From Raillietiella orientalis (taxonomy: Eukaryota), in NCBI GenBank assembly GCA_036172245.1, contig JAYWIR010000037.1:1-64000 (forward strand): a stretch of 64,000 nucleotides of DNA. The letters run 5' to 3'. The position numbers were made by a program, and so were the translations under genes. The notes under the pieces were generated by a model, which ran no database searches, was not told the origin of the DNA, and saw nothing but the letters and a program-made list of their open reading frames with translations. Numbering within the stretch: the first letter of the stretch is position 1; the number at the start of each line of letters is the position of its first letter. Positions 55,901 to 64,000 of this stretch are shown here, piece by piece.

Positions 55901-58268
55901 CAGAAAGTAACATACCACACTGCATACACGTTTTTTACTATGTATGTATTTTTTTGAAAATGAGATGCAATTATTCAAGCTTCCTCACATGAATAACCAT
56001 ACAGTATCTAGCATACCTTTTCTTGATACATTATGATTTCTGGATTCATTGTTTAATTTACTGATTTCATTGACTGTTTTTCCAACCAAAGGTTCTACAG
56101 GATCATCTTCAAAGCCAGCTGGGGGTAGGGTGGGAAAGAACTGATTTCCTTCATTTTTTGAAACCTGTTTGTGATGTTGAAGCAACTGCTTTGATTTTAA
56201 ATATCCTTCACGAGACCTTTCCCTTACATAATCTCTGAAAGCATAAAATTGAAACATTATCAACCAAATGCACAAAAGCACTGCTTGAAAATATAACTGT
56301 CAAAATTTAGCACATCCATGTGTCCAATTTTCTACAGTAAATGTAATTATCGGAAATAAGGAATTCATCCAGGCAGAAGGTTAAACAGCGTTTCTGCTGA
56401 CTAAATGATATAAACTATCATAAATCTTCAAAACTAAAGAAATGTCACAAAGCTTATTTATCCTTGACATCCAAAGATAAAGTAACAATGATTTAGTATT
56501 TCATTTCATATTGCTGCATATAAATCACCAGCATATAAATTCCTACACAATTTGGTCTACCTACTTTAATTTCTTACTGATAAATAGTATAAAAAGGATT
56601 ATTACTATCAATCCAATTAAGCTCACTTGATGTGTTCTACAGTCAGATTCCATTTTTACCAATATAGTTACTTTCATTTGGGGTGAAAATTGCCTTTTCT
56701 GTGTACTGACTTACTTCTTACAAATGTGTCAAATAAGGGATGATTTAGTTGATTATTTCGGATGATTTATTTTAATTTTGCTTTCAAAAAGCTTTTCCAA
56801 GAAACAATCCCAAGACTTTCCTCTTAGCAGATAAAGTATTGGGAATTTTAAAAACACTATCTTGATATTGTTAGAAAAGTACCAATATTAGCTAAAATAT
56901 AATCGAGATGTCTAAATCATAGACTTCACCAAATTTACGAAAACTTATCACTCTTCATGTTAAATACATATGCTGAATCTTATATCAGCTATTGTACCAT
57001 TTATAAATTCAAATTGAAGGCACCCTTTAATCCATCCAAATCTTATGCTCAAACTGCACATATGTGAAGTCTATTGTCTGGATTAGTCTATTGTATGTCT
57101 CATTGACCAGATCATCATGTCTAAACATTGCAACATACTTGTTCCGGTAATGGAATACAGAAATATAACTAAAATAAATACCCACAGATAAACTTAAAGG
57201 TCAGGAACTCGACGAATCATGAAAGGATATTTAATATAATTAAAAACAGATTGCTTGAGAAAAAAGGTTTTAAGGGTACATTAACTCTAATTTACAGGCT
57301 TTTCAATATATACTCAAAACAATTACAGAAAAAAATCAGCAGTCATCCAAAGTTTTTGCATGATTAATACAGCAACCATAAGCTCTTCACCTAAATAATT
57401 TGCATATATCAATATGCATGCAAAGTGGAGTTACCTTCAAGGTTTCAGTAAGAGTAGCATCTGTTTTATGCATTTTTATCAGATATTACGTCCTCAAAAT
57501 AAAACCATGCCACAATTCACATTAAAGAAACAAATATATATGCACATATATATAACATGCACGGAGTTGCTGTACCCAACATATATATATACATGTATGT
57601 ATTTGTTTCATCTATGCTGAACTGTGACATGGTTTCATTCTGAGCATACATATATATGTATGGATGAATGGATATGGATATCCTTTCCAAGGATCTTGAA
57701 TTCCTTTTGTTTTTAAACATTTATTCAAGGTTTCCTTCTGAAGTTTCGACCATTGTGCGCAAAAGCATCCAAATGACAAATGTTCCTAAACATCAGTGAA
57801 AACACAAGTGAAACATACATAGTATTATTGCTCTGAATAACAAAAACTAAAGTAACGAAAATAAGGAAGTTCGCAAACTCTCATCTGCTGAACAAACCTA
57901 TAGAACAGGTTCGTGTTAAAAGTAGAATCTCTGGATACCAGCATTATTATAATAAATATTAAAACAGTAAAAACTTATAAGAACCTTCATTGCGCTCAAT
58001 CAATGTCATTGCATGTTCTGCATACAACGCGAGTGATTTCGACTTCGTGATAAGTTTAAAAACTGAATTACCAAAAAGAATTATCATTTCTGAAAGGTCA
58101 GATTGACTGAAAGGTTAAAAAACAACCTCATGGGACTTACAAAACAGAACAAATAAGTGCTTACCTTGCTATATGTCCAGGTGGATAATCGTGTGGGTAG
58201 GATTCACGAGGAAATTCCACCGGGATAACTGTTACATAATTTTGGCAAACATCTGTTTGCGTTTCCAT
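49936..58268 (-). CDS. FRMD8: FERM domain-containing protein 8 (iTAP/Bili)
   Basis: FALWLVSPHLEVQLKPFHHP..WPELL...LRRNVF...LELLYEEAKTNILESRYLC...LPYYGAAFFHGQIE...IFSRQ. Exon 1 (58268-58165), exon 2 (56234-56017) and exon 3 (from 51436) join in matching phases 2 and 1. Stop at 49936. Confidence 0.88.
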
Positions 58269-60139
58269 ATTGGATACATACAAATATATTACTTGGAAAA
58301 TTATATTTTTATGTTAGAAAGTACTGGCTAAAGACCTGTATCACAACACAAAAGAAACTACGCAAATGTACTCATTCAGTACTAGTTCAGTACATTTGGA
58401 ACACGGAATACTTTCAAGCATCTTAAATGACCATGGGAGTCAACACTAAATGGAGATGAAAGCATCCCGAATGAATGAGTAATAAATATACTTTAGTACG
58501 CACTTTGAAAAAACTAATGACAACAGCAATTCAGACATCATGGAAGATGCACACCGTTTGAACGACGGTGTCGAAGGTTGATAATCGATGAACCTCAATC
58601 AAGAGAATTCAATTTTTTATTTGCAATCAGAATATCTAACAGATAAAAAATTAGAATGTTATACAGTCTCAAACTGCTATCAAATGATATTGAAGATTTA
58701 AGTTCCTGTGACGTACTACTACTATCACATGTAGTTCCCATCGTAAAACTTCTGCTCAGTGTTTCTTTGGTAATTCAATTTGTTTAGTAATTAAACCACA
58801 CTTTCTCTGGGGGAGTAACTGCCAAGGTCACTGAGATCGCATCCGACAAATCTCTTGTCAACCATTCCTCCACAACAGCGTTTAACTGAACTATTTACAG
58901 CAACTGCTCGAAATACATAATGTTTTCACCAATGTCGAGAGATTGCAGAAAATTTGCTAAGAGCCCCAATACAGAATAATGCAGACATTGTATCTTCAAG
59001 TTGGTTACGATTTCCAACTAGGAAAGTACTCGAGTCCGTTGCTCCTACGAAAAATTTCATTTATTATAACTTTCATGATTAGAAACACCTTTAAAATTGC
59101 TTCCTAACAGCAGTAAAAAAAAAAGGATCTTTTTTTCCCGTCTGAATGGCATTCGGACTGCCATAATAAATTCCTTTGTGGAGTATGATCAAAAAACTTT
59201 CAACCTGTCAGTGATATATTAACATTTTGTGTCGACGAATCTCCTTCTATGGTAATTCTGATTTCATGTTTTGGCTGGAGTGTGCCTCAGTCTCGCAGCA
59301 TATTTTTTAAATCGACCACTTTTTGAAGATTTCTTTGGTTGTAACAGCGATTCAACTGATTCTCATCTTAAAGGTTGCAACTTTTAGAATTCTTTGCTAA
59401 TAACCCATTGGGAAATACAGAATTTGATTAAATAAATTTGAAACTTTAATTAGAATTCCTGAGACTAAGTTTTAGAGATCAAGCTCTGATATGTTACTGA
59501 CAACTTACTTGTAACTCTTGGATGTTAATTATATTTCCTTCCAAATATAAAGCTAAAACCATTAACGAGAACCTGATTTCTTAATGAAGTTTCCTTCACA
59601 GAAAAATAAAAGGATGATCGAGTCTTTTATTCCATAGGCTTTGTGTCTCCATCAACAGGCGTGTCAGTATGTCGACAACCGCCATGATTCTTCCCTTCTA
59701 AGTCTCTTTTTCGATGATGAAGACGATCGTTGTGCTCACCGTGCAGTTTAGAAGAACGGTCGTTTCTTCGGAGACCGCGTGGTTACAGTCTCCGCGCGTG
59801 GCGCCAAGCGTCGAGGGCTCGAATACTCGGAAAGAATCGACTCCAGAGAAATGGGTGCATCGTGGGTTCGAGTTCCTGCTACAAGATGGCGCTCGTTGGC
59901 CCACATTAGGGTGCGGCACTGGTAGCTGAAAACCGGATGTCCCCGATGAGTGGCCGGCATTGAAAGTCGACCGTCTGGAGTCCTTCCAGGAAACAGAATC
60001 AAGGAGTCCGGTTCCCGCCAGGGTTCCCCTCCTGTTGTGCAAAGGAGCTATCGTCCCCCCCCCTCCTCCCTTCGGGCGGGAATCTCCGTCTCGTACCATG
60101 GAGCTAGTGGATGGATGATACCACTCCAGAGCGCAAGAA

Positions 60140-60440
60140 GCGTGCTGCTTCTTTCGGAGAGCGTCCTTCAAAGAAATTCGGAAGCGTCCCTTCGGGGTTC
60201 TCTTCAGAGGAGTAAACAACAAGCGGTGGTTCTCTTGCGGGCTCCCTCCGGAGAAGAAATTCCAAGAACGGATCCCTTCCGGGTTCCCTTCGGAGTAGAA
60301 ACTAGGAGAGACCCCCTCTGGGGTCCCTCCGGAGAGAATAAAGAAGAGGTTGTCTTCGGGGTTCCTTCTCAGGCATGAGAGGAGCGGACTCCCTTCTTCG
60401 GAGCCCTTCCTAGAGTAATAGGGTGGTCTCCTTCCGGGAC
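60140..60440. repeat. Degenerate ~40-45-bp tandem repeat, about 6-7 copies
   Basis: Recurring core like TCCCTTC(C)GGG(G)TTCCCT(T/C)CGGAG(A/T)AGAA. Confidence 0.65.
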
Positions 60441-62520
60441 ATCCCTATCTTGAAGAGTTAACCATGCACTCTTGGGTGGCATGGGACAGTGTTAAAGAGC
60501 TGCGTGAGCCGTCGCAGGGGTGCGACGGTTCTTGAGGTACTCGGAGAACCAAAAAAAACAAAAAACAAAACCCGGACAAAAAAAAGCTGAATGGAAAACA
60601 GAGAAGACAGAAAGAACTTACATGGATTGCCATCATCCCTTCATGTTTTCTCCCTCGTAGAGTTTACTCAAATCCTCTGCCTCACCTCGTCTTGCAAGTC
60701 TGTTGCCTACTCCAACACTCTTTGATCCCTGACGATTTCTTGACAGTTAGACATGTGTCCCCTTCCCAGAACATCTCTTCCATCTCCGAATGCTTTGCAT
60801 ACTCGATTCTTAGCCCAGTAATAATAGTAAACTCCCATGTCACACGGAAGGTATCTTTGTTGAAGTATAAGGAGGTCCTCCTGAAATTCAAAAGAGAGTT
60901 TTCAAACTTGAGTAAGTACACAATAATTTTCAATATTCTACAATGTTGACCATTTGCTCAGAGGTTTAGGTGTTCCATCTTGCAGTTGTGCCGCAGTCCT
61001 GGTAAAAATGTCGTCCTTCCCTGTTTCTCACCTTTGGATACATTGATGCAAATTCTACCCGTTGATGCATTATACTAATCTTCTCTTCGGTCTTTCCAGA
61101 CCTCTTATTTTTTGTATGTGTCATATCCCTGAATTCTTAGTTTGCATTGCAACAGTTGTCTCTTGTTGCAGTTGCTACTCGATTTGAAATGTTCACCCAA
61201 CTTCTTTGAATTCATTTTCTTAGCGGCCCAGGGTATAGGGAGGGAATAGGAAATAGCTTGGACCATTTCTTGCTCCCTAAACTTTTTGCTTCCTGGGACT
61301 ACGTTCAACTATCGATGGTAATTGTTGATTTCTAGGCCATGTGGGGTCTATCTTCTTGATCCCTTGGCTACTAGTGCTGCCACAAGGCCTCCCAAACCGT
61401 GAATCAATTTCGAGTAGCGTCTGCGGGCTGCATGTGGTCACTGGTCTCGCTTGCTGGTAATCGGTATGAGCTGCTGCGCGCCCAGGAACTTGACACAGCA
61501 CTCTATTTCCTTCATTCCAGCGAGTGTCAGCGAGGCGAGAGTTCGATCCTCTACAAATTCCTTCTCTTCGGATGTTCACTGCCTGATGATTATTGGCGAG
61601 GATCGAAGAACCGTTCCGAACCGGGATCTTGAAAATGAAATCCTACCAAAGGTTCTTCTGACGTGAGTCCAAATGGCTGCATTTGTTAATTTCTTCCTCT
61701 GCTTTCTTCAATAATTCTTTTCTAGATCGCATCTTTGTAGCTCTGTAGCATACTGTATTACGCATCACGGCAACATTACATGTATACACAGACCCGTTCA
61801 TTCCTCTCCAAGCCAAGTGGAATGGACCAAGCCGATCTGCATCTTTTCCTTTGCTCTCTGATACGAAGCAGCTTCGTCCCTCCTCCTCAAAATCCACACT
61901 CATGCGCTTCCACTACTCTACACTTCACCTCTCTGCTGCTGCACGTTTTGCTATGTCAAAGTCCTTTTTCCAAAGTGCTCCCACTCTCGAGAAGCGTCAG
62001 TGTTCTCTGCTTCTCCCATTTCTCTGGTGCAATCCGCCGAGAATCTTCAGCTGTATTCGAACTGCCTAGCACCCGGGTGTTCTTGACTAGTAGCAACCTG
62101 GATGCCAAGCAAAAACTTTTCCTTCAAACTTTATCATAGGAGAATTTTTCCTGATTCGTTTCAGAGACTGCGGATTTCAAAAGTTCCAGGAATCCAAGGA
62201 TGCGGGTACGCTGCAGAAGCTCGAAAAGCTCGAAATCGGATTTCCGCGTGGACCTACGAGGATAGGTGGGTAATGGCCGCACGCAGTGATGCACATGCAT
62301 CACTGTGTTCCATGCTCTGTTTGGAACTGCATATGGGTACGAACAGTTCTTTCCCAAGATGATCATCGCGAAATTTAAAAATAGGAACAGACTCGCAGAT
62401 GAGGATCCTCATTACCAACTCCGCATTGCCTATTCGCAACCCTGTTCCTATATAAAGAAGCCTGTAGCAGGGAAACCAGTGCAGAAATGTCATCAGGATT
62501 CATTTTCTAGTCAGTTGCAA
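60440..62520 (-). mobile_element. Decayed non-LTR (RTE/CR1-like) RT 3' part with a U-rich, hairpin-containing 3' end
   Basis: KEIECCVKFLG (like IExVxxFKYLG) followed by ARRRYSKL. On the minus strand a T-rich tract at 60550-60590 is followed by an 11-bp hairpin (GAGCCGTCGCA-GGGG-TGCGACGGTTC as read on +). Confidence 0.45.
61344..61780. repeat. Left arm of a ~437-bp inverted duplication
   Basis: Reverse complement of 63160-63596 with about 7 mismatches counted by eye; the ORF track shows an identical peptide on both strands (MNQFRVASAG...). Confidence 0.95.
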
Positions 62521-63159
62521 GCGTAAATAACGGAATGAAAAATTGGCACCTCCTTTTTTATAGGAATTTACATTGCAGGGAAGGATTATGAACATATGAA
62601 ATAAATGCAAATTCTTTTCTATCCTTTTATTGAATCTGTAAGCTCACAGAGATAATGGCATATGATAATGCGAGGAGATTGTTTATTATTATTCAGTATG
62701 TCTGCAAACATAAAGAAGATGAAGTTAACATAAACAATATTTCCAATCTTAAGGAAACTGGATAGCGAATTCCATGCGTCTGAAAAATTGATCCAGTTGC
62801 GAAATCACATCATTAAGGTTCTAATTACGATCATCATCTTTTGTTCTCTCTCTATAACTGTTTCATTTGAGGTTTTATGGATGTTATTGCTATTTCAGGA
62901 CATGGCTCATTTTTCTATATCTGACTCATTTTCTTTGGGACGCTGCAACGGTAACTCGATAAAGATAACCCAAGTGTTGTATCACGGTGAAATCACAGGA
63001 TATTCTAATAGCATAAGAAAATGAAATTTTAAATGAGAAATTGCTCATGATGAAGTTCAAATTGAAAGAAATTGGCGTTCATCGCGTACAGACTTGTGAT
63101 CCGCAGCACATTTCTTAGACAGACATGCTGCCACGGCTGCACTAGAGTCTATTTATACT

Positions 63160-63596
63160 TGTGATGTTGCCGTGATGCGTATTACAGTATGCTACAGAGC
63201 TACAAAGATGCGATCTAGAAAAGAATTATTGAAGGAAGCAGAGGAAGAAATTAACAAATGCAGCCATTTGGACTCACGTCAGAAGAACGTTTGGTAGGAT
63301 TTCATTTTCAAGATCCCGGTTCGGAACGGTTCTTCGATCCTCGCCAATAATCATCAGGCAGTGAACATCCAAAGAGAAGGAATTTGTAGAGGATCGAACT
63401 CTCGCCTCGCTGACACTCGCTGAAATGAAGGAAATAGAGTGCTGTGTCAAGTTCCTGGGCGCGCAGCAGCTCATACCGATTACCAGCAAGCGAGACCAGT
63501 GACCACATGCAGCCCGCAGACGCTACTCGAAATTGATTCACGGTTTGGGAGGCCTTGTGGCAGCACTAGTAGCCAAGGGATCAAGAAGACAGACCC
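63160..63596. repeat. Right arm of a ~437-bp inverted duplication
   Basis: Reverse complement of 61344-61780. Confidence 0.95.
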
Positions 63597-64000
63597 ACTT
63601 TGAGCTTCGCCTAGAAAAGTGTACTTCTTGGAGTCGTAGAGCATGAATAGAAAAGTCTGCCTAAACATGCACAAAAGAAACTGTAAGGGATGTGGCATTC
63701 TGGTATACTCTTGAGGTTCTTCTGAAATCCGGAATCTGTGAAGGAATTCGAGGTTTCTTTTTCAGGGGAGCAACTCTTGAACCAGCAACATTCACTGCAA
63801 CATTGCATGTGGCACACTTGAGGTGCGTGGTGGTTCTTGTTGGTTCAGTTCTGCATCTCCAAATATCCAGAGGATTCACATCCCAGTAATTTTCAGGTTT
63901 CTGGGAACCAAGGATGAAGAGTTCAGAGACTGTACTCATCAGACGAATGGACGATGAACGACTAGCTCTAAGGATCAACCTGAAGAACTCGTCTCTCGAG

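Noticed and set aside
59940..59985. Hammerhead ribozyme (CCGATGA...GAAA...GTC)
   Set aside because: The core is mutated and stems I and III do not pair.
61344..63596. Terminal inverted repeats of a DNA transposon or MITE
   Set aside because: The arms are decayed RT-like coding sequence with fuzzy ends; no TSD or transposase was seen.

Overview
Eukaryotic genomic DNA, probably an arthropod (inferred from the FBXO11 and FRMD8 sequences), with many very short introns of 40-50 nt. Five intact spliced genes can be reconstructed: MRPL19 (+), ERH (-), FBXO11 (+), a p31comet/MAD2L1BP-like gene (+) and FRMD8 (-). They sit between GC-rich islands of decayed non-LTR retrotransposons at about 1-10 kb, 17-24 kb, 42-46.5 kb and 59.6-64 kb. 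The most distinctive signal is an L1/Tx1-like family with three features. (i) One copy carries two tandem, paralogous gag-like ORF1 units. (ii) Three diverged copies end in the same AATAAA-hairpin-CCGGGTGA(A/C)AA terminus with no long poly(A), after a stem-loop-rich 3' UTR. (iii) All three copies lie inside coding regions of their own relatives, two of them antisense with clear 14-bp and 11-bp target-site duplications. Also present are a 117-bp x ~12.8 tandem array probably encoding an acidic 39-aa repeat, and a ~437-bp near-identical inverted duplication. All family assignments come from reading motifs by eye; no searches were run.
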